Assembly (NCBI GenBank): GCA_008638165.1
Contig: VTPL01000001.1
Location: 1 to 60,711 of the forward strand
Direction of reading: 5' to 3'
Origin: Pelagibacteraceae bacterium
Lineage (GTDB): Bacteria; Pseudomonadota; Alphaproteobacteria; Pelagibacterales; Pelagibacteraceae
Length of the DNA stretch: 60,711 bases
In this document: piece after piece, positions 20,324 to 31,230 of the stretch
Layout of the letters: each line of letters starts with the position of its first letter
Numbering within the stretch: position 1 is the stretch's first letter
Program-made: the position numbers and the translations under genes
The notes under the pieces: model-generated
Seen by the model: only the letters and a program-made list of their open reading frames with translations
What the model was told of the DNA's origin: nothing
Databases searched by the model: none

Positions 20324-21265
20324 ATGGCAATTAAAACCAACAAAGCTATTAAAATTTCCCAAAAACATTTATTAGGTATTCAAGATTTATCGATCAATGA
20401 TGTAAATCTAATCTTAGATGAAGCGAAAGATTATATAAAACTCAATCAAAGTAGTAATAAAAGAACTGACATTCTTAAAGGTAAAACCCAAATAAACCTA
20501 TTTTTTGAACCGTCAACAAGGACACAAAGTTCATTTGAATTAGCAGGTAAAAGACTTGGTGCTGATGTTATGTCTATGAATATTAGTAATTCAGCAATTA
20601 AAAAGGGTGAAACTCTAATTGATACAGCAATGACTTTAAATGCAATGCATCCAGATATAATCGTTATTAGACATCAGGATTCAGGAGCATGTAACCTTTT
20701 ATCTCAAAAAGTTAATTGTGCAGTGTTAAATGCAGGAGATGGGAGAAGAGAGCACCCTACTCAAGCTTTACTAGATGCTCTTACAATAATCACAAGAAAA
20801 AAAAAGATAGAAGGTCTTAGGGTTGCAATTTGTGGTGACATAGTTCACTCAAGAGTAGCAAGATCAAATATTTATCTTCTTAATATGCTTGGTGCAGAAG
20901 TAAACATAATTGCCCCTACCAATTTAATGCCAAAAGAAATTGAAAAATTTGGAGTTAACACATTCACTGATATGAAAAAAGGACTTAAAGATTGCGATAT
21001 AGTTATGATGCTAAGACTTCAAAACGAAAGAATGACTAGTTCATATCTTGCTTCTAATAGAGAGTACTATGAATATTATGGGTTAACTCAAGATAAATTA
21101 GATCATGCAAAACCTGATGCTATCATAATGCATCCTGGACCAATGAACAGAGGTATTGAGATAGATACAGTATTAGCAGATGACATAAATAAAAGTGTAA
21201 TTAAAGAACAAGTAGAACTCGGTGTTGCGGTTAGAATGGCTTGCTTAAAAATTTTTTGTAAATAA
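20324..21265 (+). CDS. pyrB: Aspartate carbamoyltransferase catalytic subunit
   Basis: [35 protein letters not shown] 20324 preferred over TTG 20315. Confidence 0.97.
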   Translation: MAIKTNKAIKISQKHLLGIQDLSINDVNLILDEAKDYIKLNQSSNKRTDILKGKTQINLFFEPSTRTQSSFELAGKRLGADVMSMNISNSAIKKGETLIDTAMTLNAMHPDIIVIRHQDSGACNLLSQKVNCAVLNAGDGRREHPTQALLDALTIITRKKKIEGLRVAICGDIVHSRVARSNIYLLNMLGAEVNIIAPTNLMPKEIEKFGVNTFTDMKKGLKDCDIVMMLRLQNERMTSSYLASNREYYEYYGLTQDKLDHAKPDAIIMHPGPMNRGIEIDTVLADDINKSVIKEQVELGVAVRMACLKIFCK

Positions 21266-22552
21266 ATGAAAAGACAATACTTCATAAATGCAAATATAGT
21301 CGACCCTCATAATTCAATGAATGAAAATGGCGGTCTAATAATTGGTGAAGATGGAAAAATTGAAGCAATTGGCAAAAAAGTTAATACGAATAATTTGCCG
21401 ACAAGAGAAAGGCCTATTGATCTAGATGGAAAATATATATTTCCAGGATTGGTAGACATGAGAGTGTTTGTGGGAGAGCCTGGATATGAATATAAAGAAA
21501 ATTTTAGAACATTAAGTAACGCAGCGCTAGCAGGTGGTGTGACTTCTGTAGTTACTATGCCAAATACAGATCCTATAATTGATAATGTTTCAATTGTTGA
21601 TTTTTTAAAAAGAAGAGGAAGAGATAAATCTAAAATTAATATTTTTCCTTGTGCATCTCTTACAAAAGGAGTCGAAGGTCAAACAATGACTGAATTTGGT
21701 TTATTACAGGAAAAAGGAATTATAGCGTTTACAGATGGAATTAAAACAATTCAAAATTCACGTTTAATGTCAAGAATTATGAATTCTGCCAAGGACCTAG
21801 GAAGTTTAATCATGCAACATGCTGAGGATTATGAACTTGCAAAAAATGGAATGATCAATTCTGGCATTGTGGCAACTAAATTAGGCTTATCAGGCATACC
21901 TGATATTGCAGAAAGAATTATCATTGAAAGAGATTTAACATTGCTAGAAAAAACTAAATGCAGATATCACATATCTCAACTTTCATCAGAGAAATCAATT
22001 TCTACAATTGAGTATAGAAAAGATAAAGTTCAATTCACTTCAGGTGTTTCAATAAACAATTTATCTTTAAATGAAAATGATATTGGTGACTTTAGAACTT
22101 TTTTAAAACTTTCACCTCCGCTAAGAAAAGAAGAGGATAGATTGGCATTGGTTAAGGCTTTAAAAGATGGTTTAATAGATGTAATTGTATCAGATCATAA
22201 ACCAGAAGATGAAGAGTCTAAAAGATTAACTTTTGCTCAAGCTGCAACAGGTGCTTCAGGAATTGAAACACTTCTGTCTTTAAGTCTTGAACTTTATCAT
22301 AATGGATCATTAAAATTAGAAACTATAATAAGTGCTTTAACAAATAACCCAGCCAAGATTTTAAAAATCAACAAAGGCAACCTATCTATTGGAAATGATG
22401 CTGATTTTTGTATTGTAGACATCAACAAACCTTGGATAGTAAAAAAAAACAAATTAATCTCAAAATCTAAGAATACCTCTATAGAAGATAAAAAGCTTCA
22501 AGGTAAAGTTTTAAATACCTTTGTAAAAGGTAAAGAATTGTTCAAATTATAA
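21266..22552 (+). CDS. pyrC: Dihydroorotase-family protein, probably the inactive PyrC' (ATCase structural subunit)
   Basis: Amidohydrolase fold (AGGVTSVVTMPNT, PPLR, SDH), but the HxH motif reads DMRVF. Confidence 0.85.
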   Translation: MKRQYFINANIVDPHNSMNENGGLIIGEDGKIEAIGKKVNTNNLPTRERPIDLDGKYIFPGLVDMRVFVGEPGYEYKENFRTLSNAALAGGVTSVVTMPNTDPIIDNVSIVDFLKRRGRDKSKINIFPCASLTKGVEGQTMTEFGLLQEKGIIAFTDGIKTIQNSRLMSRIMNSAKDLGSLIMQHAEDYELAKNGMINSGIVATKLGLSGIPDIAERIIIERDLTLLEKTKCRYHISQLSSEKSISTIEYRKDKVQFTSGVSINNLSLNENDIGDFRTFLKLSPPLRKEEDRLALVKALKDGLIDVIVSDHKPEDEESKRLTFAQAATGASGIETLLSLSLELYHNGSLKLETIISALTNNPAKILKINKGNLSIGNDADFCIVDINKPWIVKKNKLISKSKNTSIEDKKLQGKVLNTFVKGKELFKL

Positions 22553-22553
22553 A

Positions 22554-23132
22554 ATGGATTATATTTTGGTAATTGTTGTAGCTTATTTTTTGGGATCAAT
22601 ACCCTTTGGTTTTGTTTTAACAAAGATTTTTTTAAAGAAAGATATTAGAGATATTGGTTCAGGGAATATTGGAGCTACAAACGCTCTTAGAACCGGTAAT
22701 AAAGCTGTAGGATTTTCAACTTTAATACTTGATGTAGTAAAAGCTGTAATACCAATTATATTTATCAAATATAATTTTCCAGAATATATTTATATTGCTG
22801 CTTTAAGTGTATTTTTAGGACATGTTTTTCCAATATGGCTGAAATTTAAAGGTGGAAAAGGTGTTGCAACATATCTTGGTATCCTTTTTTCAATGAATAT
22901 TTTTTTTGGTATAGTTTTTATTACTAGTTGGTTAATAGTTTTTTTTATTTCAAAATTTTCTTCTTTATCATCATTAATTGCAACATTAAGTATTCCGATA
23001 TTTATTTTTTTCTTTAATAACCAAGGTAATATAATTTTCTTTCTTATAATGTTTGTTTTGATTTTTTATACACATAGAGAAAATATCAAAAGACTAAAAA
23101 ATAAAGAGGAAACAAAAACAAAAATTTATTAA
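22554..23132 (+). CDS. plsY: Glycerol-3-phosphate acyltransferase PlsY
   Basis: GSIPFG, GSGNIGATN, GGKGVAT, HRENIKRL. Confidence 0.96.
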   Translation: MDYILVIVVAYFLGSIPFGFVLTKIFLKKDIRDIGSGNIGATNALRTGNKAVGFSTLILDVVKAVIPIIFIKYNFPEYIYIAALSVFLGHVFPIWLKFKGGKGVATYLGILFSMNIFFGIVFITSWLIVFFISKFSSLSSLIATLSIPIFIFFFNNQGNIIFFLIMFVLIFYTHRENIKRLKNKEETKTKIY

Positions 23133-23133
23133 T

Positions 23134-23161
23134 TTGACTATCAACAAGTTTTGGTTAGTTT
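23134..23161 (+). promoter_or_regulatory. Putative promoter of topA, positioned for a leaderless mRNA
   Basis: TTGACT(23134-39)-N16-TAGTTT(23156-61), then 6 nt before ATG 23168; no Shine-Dalgarno. Confidence 0.5.
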
Positions 23162-23167
23162 GTATTC

Positions 23168-25750
23168 ATGAATCTTGTAATTGTTGAAAGTCCAGCTAAA
23201 GCTAAAACAATAAATAAATATCTTGGTGATAATTATAAAGTTCTAGCAAGTTATGGTCATATTAGAGATCTACCATCAAAAAATGGATCTGTAGACCCTG
23301 ATCAAAATTTCAAGATGGAATGGGAAGTTGATAGCTTTTCAAAAAAATATTTAAAAGAAATTACAGATGCTGCAAAAGAGTCCACTAAAATAATCTTAGC
23401 TACTGACCCTGACAGAGAAGGTGAAGCAATAGCATGGCATGTAAAAGAGTATTTAGATCAAAAAAAACTATTAAAAGATAAAGAGGTTGAGAGAGTTGTA
23501 TTTAATGAAATAACTAAGAAAGCAGTAGTTCATGGAATTGAAAACCCAAGACAAATCGAGCCACATTTAGTGGATGCCTATATGGCAAGACGGGCTTTAG
23601 ATTATTTAGTTGGTTTTAATATATCCCCTATTCTATGGACCAAATTACCTGGCTCTAAATCAGCTGGAAGAGTTCAATCAGTTGCTCTCAAATTAATAAC
23701 TGAAAGAGAACATGAAATAGAGTCATTCAATCCAGAGGAATTCTGGACTTTAAGTGTAAAATTTTCTGATACAAATAATAATTTTATAACAGCTAGTATT
23801 TATGAATTAAATTCAAAAAAAATAGAAAAATTTACTTTTAAAAACAAAGAGGAAATAAACTCAGCAATTGAAGAAATAAAAAATAAAAAATTTTCTATCA
23901 CTGATATATCTAGTAAAACTATCAACAGAAAACCCTCAGGACCATTTACTACTTCAACACTTCAACAAACAGCTTCAAGTAGATTGGGTTTTGGAGCTTC
24001 TAGAACCATGCAGATTGCGCAAAAACTTTATCAAGGTATAGAAATAGAGGGTGAAACTATTGGTCTTATAACTTACATGAGAACTGATGGAACTAATCTA
24101 TCTGCTGATGCTATAAATACTTTTAGAGATTATATTAAAGAAAATTGTGGTAAAGAATATTTACCTAATGAACCTATAAACTACTCTGGTAAAAAAGCTA
24201 AAAATGCTCAAGAAGCACACGAAGCTATTAGGCCAACTGACATAAGCAGATCTCCAGACAATATTAAGAAATATTTAAGTACTGATCAAAATAAATTATA
24301 CGAGTTAATTTGGTCAAGAGCTTTATCTTCACAAATGGAGTCAGCTCAATTTGATAGAAGTACAATTTCGCTAACATCAAATGATAATCATACTATATGT
24401 AAATCAAGTGGTTCAATTCTAAAATTTGATGGTTTTTTAAAAATTTATAAATCTCAATCAAAAGAGGATGATGAAGAAATATTGCCAGAAGTTTCAAAAG
24501 GTCCAGTTAATATTGAAGCTTTAATTGATGAGCAACATTTTACACAACCACCACCTAGATATTCTGAAGCAAGTTTAGTTAAAAAACTGGAGGAATTAGG
24601 AATTGGTCGACCTTCAACATATGCTAGCATTATTTCAACAATTGCAAATAGAGGTTATGCAGAAATCACAAATAAAAGATTTTTTCCAACTGATAGAGGA
24701 AAACTTATTTCTGCTTTTTTAGAAAAATTATTTTCAAGATATGTAGATTATAATTTTACGGCAGGTCTTGAGGATCAATTAGATGAGATTACTACAGGTA
24801 AAGAAAGCTGGATTAAAGTTTTGGAATTATTTTGGAAAGATTTCAATAATAACGTTTTAGAAGTTAAAGAAAAACGAACAAGAGAAGTTCTTGATTTATT
24901 AAATGATAGTTTGGGTAGCTTGGTATTTGATAAGGACAAAAATGGAAATATAGATAGAAAATGTAAAATATGCAATGAAGGTACTTTAAGTTTAAAAAAT
25001 AGTTTTAGAGGTGGTGCATTTATTGGTTGCTCAAACTATCCTGATTGTAAATTTACAAGACCTCTTTCTAAAGCTAAAGCAGCTGCGCAAGCACAATTAG
25101 CAGAACCAAAATTCATAGGTAAGCATGAAAATGGTAATGATATTTTTTTAAAAAATGGAAGATTTGGTCCCTATCTTCAATATGAAGTTCTTCCTGAAGA
25201 GATAAATAATGAAAAAAAAGATTCTAAAAAAAAGAAAAAGAAATTAAAGAAAGATACAAATGATAATATAAAAAATGTTTCTATACCAAAAGGTATCGAG
25301 CTTGAATCTGTTGATCTAGAAAAAGCTAAATTTTTATGCGCTCTTCCAAAATCACTTGGAATTAATCCTGATAATCAAAAAGATATAATTCTTAATACTG
25401 GAAGGTTTGGTCCTTATTTAAAATGTGACAACAAATCTGCAAGAATAGAAAATATTGATGAAATTTTTTCTTTAGGACTAAATAGAGCTGTTACATTAAT
25501 TGCTGAAGCCAAACCAGGAAGAATGTCTTCTTCAATAATAAAAGATTTAGGAGAACATCCGGAGGATAAAAAACCTGTTAGAGTAATGAAAGGCCAATAT
25601 GGTCCTTATATTAAATACAAATCTTTAAATGCAACTATACCTGAAGAAAAAGATCCAACAGAGCTTACAATGGAAGAGGCTTTAATACTTATTGAGAAAA
25701 GAAAAGAATACGATAAAAGTAAAAAATCAAAAAAAAGGAAGTCTAAATGA
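23168..25750 (+). CDS. topA: DNA topoisomerase I
   Basis: IVESPAKAK, DPDREGEAI, SAGRVQS, ITYMRTD, one C4 zinc ribbon, three G[RQ][FY]GPY C-terminal repeats. Confidence 0.98.
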   Translation: MNLVIVESPAKAKTINKYLGDNYKVLASYGHIRDLPSKNGSVDPDQNFKMEWEVDSFSKKYLKEITDAAKESTKIILATDPDREGEAIAWHVKEYLDQKKLLKDKEVERVVFNEITKKAVVHGIENPRQIEPHLVDAYMARRALDYLVGFNISPILWTKLPGSKSAGRVQSVALKLITEREHEIESFNPEEFWTLSVKFSDTNNNFITASIYELNSKKIEKFTFKNKEEINSAIEEIKNKKFSITDISSKTINRKPSGPFTTSTLQQTASSRLGFGASRTMQIAQKLYQGIEIEGETIGLITYMRTDGTNLSADAINTFRDYIKENCGKEYLPNEPINYSGKKAKNAQEAHEAIRPTDISRSPDNIKKYLSTDQNKLYELIWSRALSSQMESAQFDRSTISLTSNDNHTICKSSGSILKFDGFLKIYKSQSKEDDEEILPEVSKGPVNIEALIDEQHFTQPPPRYSEASLVKKLEELGIGRPSTYASIISTIANRGYAEITNKRFFPTDRGKLISAFLEKLFSRYVDYNFTAGLEDQLDEITTGKESWIKVLELFWKDFNNNVLEVKEKRTREVLDLLNDSLGSLVFDKDKNGNIDRKCKICNEGTLSLKNSFRGGAFIGCSNYPDCKFTRPLSKAKAAAQAQLAEPKFIGKHENGNDIFLKNGRFGPYLQYEVLPEEINNEKKDSKKKKKKLKKDTNDNIKNVSIPKGIELESVDLEKAKFLCALPKSLGINPDNQKDIILNTGRFGPYLKCDNKSARIENIDEIFSLGLNRAVTLIAEAKPGRMSSSIIKDLGEHPEDKKPVRVMKGQYGPYIKYKSLNATIPEEKDPTELTMEEALILIEKRKEYDKSKKSKKRKSK

Positions 25751-26208
25751 GCTACGAAGATAATATAACGAGATTAGGTTTAAAATTACCTGAACCAAAA
25801 GCGCCAGCTGGAAATTATGTTGCTACTAAAATTGTGGGTAATTTACTTTATGTATCAGGTCAAATATCAATTGATGAAAATGGACAACTAATCAAAGGTA
25901 AAGTTGGTTTAGACTTAACCTCAGATCAAGCCTATAGTGCAGCAAAACGTTGTGGGCTTAGCATTATTTCTCAAGCTAAAGACGCTTGTAAAGGAGATCT
26001 TTCAAAAATTAAAAATTGTGTAAAATTAACTGGATTTGTTAACTCTACGGCAGAATTTACTGAACAACCAAAAGTAATAAATGGAGCTTCGGATTTAATA
26101 GCAGAAGTTTTTGGTGAAAATGGCAAACACACAAGAGCGGCTGTTAGCACCAATAGCTTGCCACTTGGTGTAGCGGTTGAAGTTGATGCGATATTTGAAT
26201 TGAATTAA
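25747..26208 (+). CDS. RidA/YjgF/UK114 family protein
   Basis: P.APAGNYV, YVSGQ, NGASDL, GKHTRAAV, LPLGVAVE. Confidence 0.9.
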   Translation: MSYEDNITRLGLKLPEPKAPAGNYVATKIVGNLLYVSGQISIDENGQLIKGKVGLDLTSDQAYSAAKRCGLSIISQAKDACKGDLSKIKNCVKLTGFVNSTAEFTEQPKVINGASDLIAEVFGENGKHTRAAVSTNSLPLGVAVEVDAIFELN

Positions 26209-26211
26209 AAA

Positions 26212-27513
26212 CTAGCCTCTTCCAACACTGTAATATTTAATATCTCTATTTGTCATCTTATTAGGTGTATAAAGATTTCTCATATCATAAATTTTAATCT
26301 TTTTATTTTTAATCAATTTTAAAAAATCTAGAGACTTAAAATCATTCCATTCAGTATGGATGATTACTAGATCAGTTTTTTCTAAGCATCTTGAGATTGA
26401 TTTAGCATAAGTAACATTCTTAAATTTTTTAAACTCTTTTTTATAACCAGTCGGATCAAAATATCTTATGAAGGCGCCTTTTTTAGATAAAGCTGGTATC
26501 ATTGTAAGGCTTGATGAGTCTCTCATGTCATCAGTATTGGCTTTAAATGTAACGCCTAGAAAACTAATTTTTTTATTTTTAACTTTATTATTCAATATTT
26601 GATAAACTCTTTTTAGTAATAACTCAGATCTATTTTCATTTGATTTAATAACAGATTTTATCACTGACAGATTTGTTGAAAATTTATCAGCTGTTGAGGT
26701 TATTGCCTTTGTGTCTTTAGGAAAACAAGATCCCCCATATGCAGGGCCAGCTCTTAAAAAACGACTCCCAATTCTTTGATCCAAACCCATTCCAATCGAA
26801 ATATCATCAACATTAATATTTGTTTTCTCACATAAATTAGCAAGTTCATTAATAAAAGTAATTTTAGTTGCTAAAAATGCATTTGAAGCATATTTGATTA
26901 ATTCTGCTGCTCTTCTAGATGTATTAATATATTTGGCTCCTTTAGTAATTAACGGGGTATATAAATTTTTTAAAATTCTACTAGATTTTTTATCATTTGA
27001 TCCAACCACAACTCTATCAGGATAAATAAAATCTCTAATAGCCTCACCCTCTCTTAAAAACTCAGGGTTAGAAACAACTGAAAATTTATTTCTAGAATTT
27101 GATTTTAATAAAATTTTTTCAATTTCATCCCCAGTTGTAACTGGAACAGTAGATTTTGTTATAATTATCTTATATTTGTTTATTGTTTTAGATAATTCTT
27201 TAGCAACACCAAATACTTGGGTTAAATCTGCACTACTTCCTCCCTTTTTAGTTGGTGTCCCTACACAAATAAAAATTATATCAGATTTTTTAACTGAATT
27301 CTTTAAATCAGTAGAAAAATTTAATCTATGATTTTTAATATTTTTTTTAACAAGTTCATCCAGACCAGGTTCATAAATAGGAATTTTTCCGTCTTTCAAA
27401 TCATTAATTTTACTAAGATCCTTATCAACACAAATTACATCATTACCTAAGTCAGAAAAGCATACACCGCTAACTAAGCCAACATAACCTGTTCCTATCA
27501 TACATAATTTCAT
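26212..27513 (-). CDS. ugd: UDP-glucose 6-dehydrogenase
   Basis: GTGYVG, CVGTP, KSTVP, SNPEFLREG, GGSCFPKD, FKANTDDMR. Confidence 0.95.
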   Translation of the reverse strand: MKLCMIGTGYVGLVSGVCFSDLGNDVICVDKDLSKINDLKDGKIPIYEPGLDELVKKNIKNHRLNFSTDLKNSVKKSDIIFICVGTPTKKGGSSADLTQVFGVAKELSKTINKYKIIITKSTVPVTTGDEIEKILLKSNSRNKFSVVSNPEFLREGEAIRDFIYPDRVVVGSNDKKSSRILKNLYTPLITKGAKYINTSRRAAELIKYASNAFLATKITFINELANLCEKTNINVDDISIGMGLDQRIGSRFLRAGPAYGGSCFPKDTKAITSTADKFSTNLSVIKSVIKSNENRSELLLKRVYQILNNKVKNKKISFLGVTFKANTDDMRDSSSLTMIPALSKKGAFIRYFDPTGYKKEFKKFKNVTYAKSISRCLEKTDLVIIHTEWNDFKSLDFLKLIKNKKIKIYDMRNLYTPNKMTNRDIKYYSVGRG

Positions 27514-28325
27514 AATTTAGCAATTTCTAAAGTAGATTTAATATATCCATTCATAGTACCGCAATCTAGATATTTTCCAGAAAAATTATGAGCAATAAAA
27601 GTTTCATTATTTTTAATAAGACTTTGTATGGCATCAGTTATATGGATTTCACCACCCTTACCTGGTTTTTGATTTATTAATAAATTAAAAATTTTCTTTG
27701 GTAGTATGTATCTTCCAATAACAGCTTTATTTGATGGCGCTTCATGAATTGAAGGTTTTTCAATTACATCATCTATTAAGGAATTATTCTTGTCTAAATT
27801 TTTCTTTAACTTAAATATGCCCCATCTTGATACAGTGCTTTTATCAACCTTCATACTAGCCATGACTGATGATTTATATTTTTGATGAATTTTTATCATT
27901 GATTTTGAACAATTGTTTTTAATGATTAAATCATCAGGTAATAGCATTAAGAAATGACTATCTTTAATTAAATTTTTAGTTTTTAAGACAGCATCACCGG
28001 TTCCTAAAGGTTTATTTTGATAAACAAATTTGATAATTTTTTTATATTTCAATATTTTTTGATATTCTTTTTTAACTCTTTGATCATTCTTTTTTTTTAT
28101 TATTTTTTTATAAAATAAGTCGTTATAAAAATATTTTTTAATAATTTCTTTCTTTTTTGAAATAATAAATATTACTTCTTTAATACCAGCATCTATGCAT
28201 TCATCTAAAATATACTCAATTCCAGGTTTTCCATTTATAGGTAAAAGCTCTTTGGCAAAAACACTAGTTAAAGGTAACAGCCTAGTACCTAAACCTGCTA
28301 ATGGAATAATTGCTTGTTTAATCAT
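27510..28325 (-). CDS. galU: UTP-glucose-1-phosphate uridylyltransferase
   Basis: AIIPLAGLGTR, KELLP, Q..PLGTGDA, LLPDD, IEKP, GEIHITDA. Confidence 0.85.
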   Translation of the reverse strand: MIKQAIIPLAGLGTRLLPLTSVFAKELLPINGKPGIEYILDECIDAGIKEVIFIISKKKEIIKKYFYNDLFYKKIIKKKNDQRVKKEYQKILKYKKIIKFVYQNKPLGTGDAVLKTKNLIKDSHFLMLLPDDLIIKNNCSKSMIKIHQKYKSSVMASMKVDKSTVSRWGIFKLKKNLDKNNSLIDDVIEKPSIHEAPSNKAVIGRYILPKKIFNLLINQKPGKGGEIHITDAIQSLIKNNETFIAHNFSGKYLDCGTMNGYIKSTLEIAKL

Positions 28326-28359
28326 GTAAATGTTTTACTTATTAAAGTGGCTAATACAA

Positions 28360-29172
28360 ATGAAAATTATATTAAATAGCTCAATTCTTAAAAAAGAACT
28401 AAAAGAAATCAAAAATTTAGGTTTTGTACCTACAATGGGAAGTATTCATAAGGGACATGAATCCTTAATTAAAAAATCTAAAAAAACGTGTGAATATACA
28501 ATTGTAAGCATTTATATTAACCCTACTCAATTCAATAATTTAAACGACTTTAAAAAATATCCAAAAAATATTAACAAAGATTTGAAAATATTAAAAAAAC
28601 TTAAAGTTGATCTAGTTTTTATTCCAAAAACTAAAGATATATATAACTTCAAAAGATCAAAAAAGATTTCATTAAGTCATAAAGATAAAATCCTATGTGC
28701 TAAGTATAGAAAAGGACATTTTGAAGGTGTTATTGATGTAATGGATAGACTTACAAAACTAATTAAACCTAATAAAATATTTATGGGCGAAAAAGATTAT
28801 CAGCAATTTTTTTTGTTAAAGAAATTTATTGAAAAAAGATATCCTAGTAAAATAATTAATTGTAAAACCATAAGAGATAACAAATCAATAGCGCTTTCTT
28901 CAAGAAATATACTGCTTAAATCAAAGTCATTAAAAATTGCAGCAAATGTTGTTAAAGAACTAAGGAATATAAAGAAAAACCTCAATAAACAAAAAAATGT
29001 ACAAATTTATTTAAATGAAAGAATTCAAAATTTAATAAATAATAATAAAATTAAACTTGAATACTTAGAGCTAAGAAATTTAAAAGATTTAAAAACTTCA
29101 ACTACAATAAAAAATTCGAGATTATTTATTGCTTACTATATAGAAAATATAAGATTAATAGATAATTTATAA
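28360..29172 (+). CDS. panC: Pantoate-beta-alanine ligase
   Basis: FVPTMGSIHKGH, NPTQF, GHFEGV, GEKDYQQ, ALSSRN, RLIDN. ATG 28360 preferred over 28330. Confidence 0.93.
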   Translation: MKIILNSSILKKELKEIKNLGFVPTMGSIHKGHESLIKKSKKTCEYTIVSIYINPTQFNNLNDFKKYPKNINKDLKILKKLKVDLVFIPKTKDIYNFKRSKKISLSHKDKILCAKYRKGHFEGVIDVMDRLTKLIKPNKIFMGEKDYQQFFLLKKFIEKRYPSKIINCKTIRDNKSIALSSRNILLKSKSLKIAANVVKELRNIKKNLNKQKNVQIYLNERIQNLINNNKIKLEYLELRNLKDLKTSTTIKNSRLFIAYYIENIRLIDNL

Positions 29173-30540
29173 AAAATAAGCTCCAACACCAAGAAAAGAT
29201 ACAAAGCCTATTACATCAGTTATTGTTGTAACAAATACACTTGATGCAATAGCTGGATCTATTTTCATTTTCTTTAAGGTTACTGGAACAACAATTCCAA
29301 ATAAACCAGCAACAATCATTGTAATAACCATTGATATAGAAATAATTAGAGATAATTGAATATCTTTAAACCAAAGTTGTACAATTAAAGAACTTATAAT
29401 TGCAAAAATAATTCCATTTAAAACACCTATATTAAATTCTTTTAAAATATTTTGATTAAAATTATTTTTAGTTAAATCATTAGTTGCTAGAGTTCTAATT
29501 GTAACAGCTAGAGTTTGCATGCCTGCATTACCGCCCATTGAAGCAACAATAGGCATCAAGAAAGCTAAAACAACCATTTGCTCTATAGTTGCACCAAACA
29601 AACTAATGCACCATGTAGCTAAAAATGCTGTGAAGAGATTTAATAAAAGCCAATTAAAACGTCTTTTTGTTTTAACAAAAACTCCATCTGTTATTTCTTC
29701 ATCACCAACACCAGCCAATCTTAAAGCATCTTCTTCAGCCTCTTCTTTTAATACTGTAAGAACATCATCATATGTAATCATTCCAACTAACTTATTACTT
29801 TTATCAACTACACATGCAGAATTTAAACTATAATTCTCGAATAAATGTCCAACCTCTTCTCTATCCATATCAACAGGCACTAAAAAAGGTGACTCCGACA
29901 TTATAGAAACCATTTTAGACTCACGTGATGTTCTTAAGACTTTTGATGAAGGTACTGTACCTATAGGTTTAAAGTTTTCATCTACAATAAAGATTTCCAG
30001 AAACTCCTCAGGAAGTTCTTTATTCTCTCTTAAATAGTCAATTGTTTGACCTACACTCCAATTACTTGGTATTGCAGTAAATTCTCTCTGCATTATTCTA
30101 GCAGCACTATCTTCTGGATAACTTAATCCCTCTAGAAGGGCGAAACGATCTTTTGGTGGCAATTCACTTAAAATAGCATTCTTATCATTCTCATTAACAT
30201 TTTCTAAGATCTTAATTGCATCATCTGATTCAAGATTTTTTAAAATTCTTATAATTGATGCTGAAGATAAGTATTTAATTGTCTCAGATTGAACTGACTC
30301 ATTAAGCTCAATAAATACTTCTGGGTCTATTTTAAATCCATTAAGTTTAATTAAACTTTCTCGGTCGTTTTGACTAAGATGCTCAATAATATCTGCAGCA
30401 TCTGCTGGATGCATTTCTTTAAATGAGTCAGTTATAAAAACTGCATCATTATTAGAAATTTTATCAGTTAAAACATTTATATATTCCTTGTTGAACTCAA
30501 AGTTAACTTTTTTATCTTTTAATTTTTTTGTTAAAGTCAT
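29167..30540 (-). CDS. mgtE: Magnesium transporter MgtE
   Basis: HPADAAD N-domain, CBS pair, [22 protein letters not shown]. Confidence 0.96.
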   Translation of the reverse strand: MTLTKKLKDKKVNFEFNKEYINVLTDKISNNDAVFITDSFKEMHPADAADIIEHLSQNDRESLIKLNGFKIDPEVFIELNESVQSETIKYLSSASIIRILKNLESDDAIKILENVNENDKNAILSELPPKDRFALLEGLSYPEDSAARIMQREFTAIPSNWSVGQTIDYLRENKELPEEFLEIFIVDENFKPIGTVPSSKVLRTSRESKMVSIMSESPFLVPVDMDREEVGHLFENYSLNSACVVDKSNKLVGMITYDDVLTVLKEEAEEDALRLAGVGDEEITDGVFVKTKRRFNWLLLNLFTAFLATWCISLFGATIEQMVVLAFLMPIVASMGGNAGMQTLAVTIRTLATNDLTKNNFNQNILKEFNIGVLNGIIFAIISSLIVQLWFKDIQLSLIISISMVITMIVAGLFGIVVPVTLKKMKIDPAIASSVFVTTITDVIGFVSFLGVGAYFL

Positions 30541-30600
30541 AAGTTTACCAGTAATATTGTTGCAACTTTTAATATAATATATGAAGAATACAATTTTTTA

Positions 30601-31230
30601 ATGGATATCGAGATCAAAAAGACTGAAAAACCTGTAAATTATCAAGAAGCAATAAGCTTGCTTGAAGGTAGATTAAAACAGGTTAGCGAAAATAAAGGAA
30701 AAGAATTGATCTGGATTTTGGAACATGAAGCTGTTTATACAGCTGGCACAAGTTATTCAAAAAAAGAAATTCTAGATAAAACAATTAAAATTCATGAAAC
30801 AAACCGAGGTGGGAAAATTACATATCATGGTCCGGGACAATTAATATTCTATTTTGTGATTGATTTACGAAATCGAAAAAAAGATATTAGAAAATTCATT
30901 AATATTATTGAAACAAGTATAATTGAAACATTAAAATTTTATGATGTTCATACCTTTTCTGACAGGGATAATGTGGGTATTTGGGTTAACAATAATGAAA
31001 AAATAGAAAAAATTGCAGCTATAGGTGTGCGTGTTAGTAAGTGGATTGCTTATCATGGCTTTTCTTTAAATATTAAAAATTCTTTAAACCCATTTAAAAG
31101 TATAGTGCCTTGTGGGATTTCAGATAGAGGTGTTACTAATTTAAAAAAAATATCTGAACAAAATTACGAAAAAATTCAAGATATTTTAATAGAAAAATTC
31201 CTTACTAACTTGAAAAGTTTAAACGCTTAA
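30601..31230 (+). CDS. lipB: Lipoyl(octanoyl) transferase
   Basis: [36 protein letters not shown]. Confidence 0.96.
   Translation: MDIEIKKTEKPVNYQEAISLLEGRLKQVSENKGKELIWILEHEAVYTAGTSYSKKEILDKTIKIHETNRGGKITYHGPGQLIFYFVIDLRNRKKDIRKFINIIETSIIETLKFYDVHTFSDRDNVGIWVNNNEKIEKIAAIGVRVSKWIAYHGFSLNIKNSLNPFKSIVPCGISDRGVTNLKKISEQNYEKIQDILIEKFLTNLKSLNA

Noticed and set aside
26212-28325. galU-ugd as the edge of a hypervariable polysaccharide island
   Set aside because: Only two genes, flanked by core genes, with no glycosyltransferases or mobility signs.
30559-30566. Palindrome GTTGCAAC in the divergent mgtE/lipB spacer
   Set aside because: Only 8 bp, the flanks are not symmetric, and no -10 lies at a suitable distance on either strand; compatible with chance.
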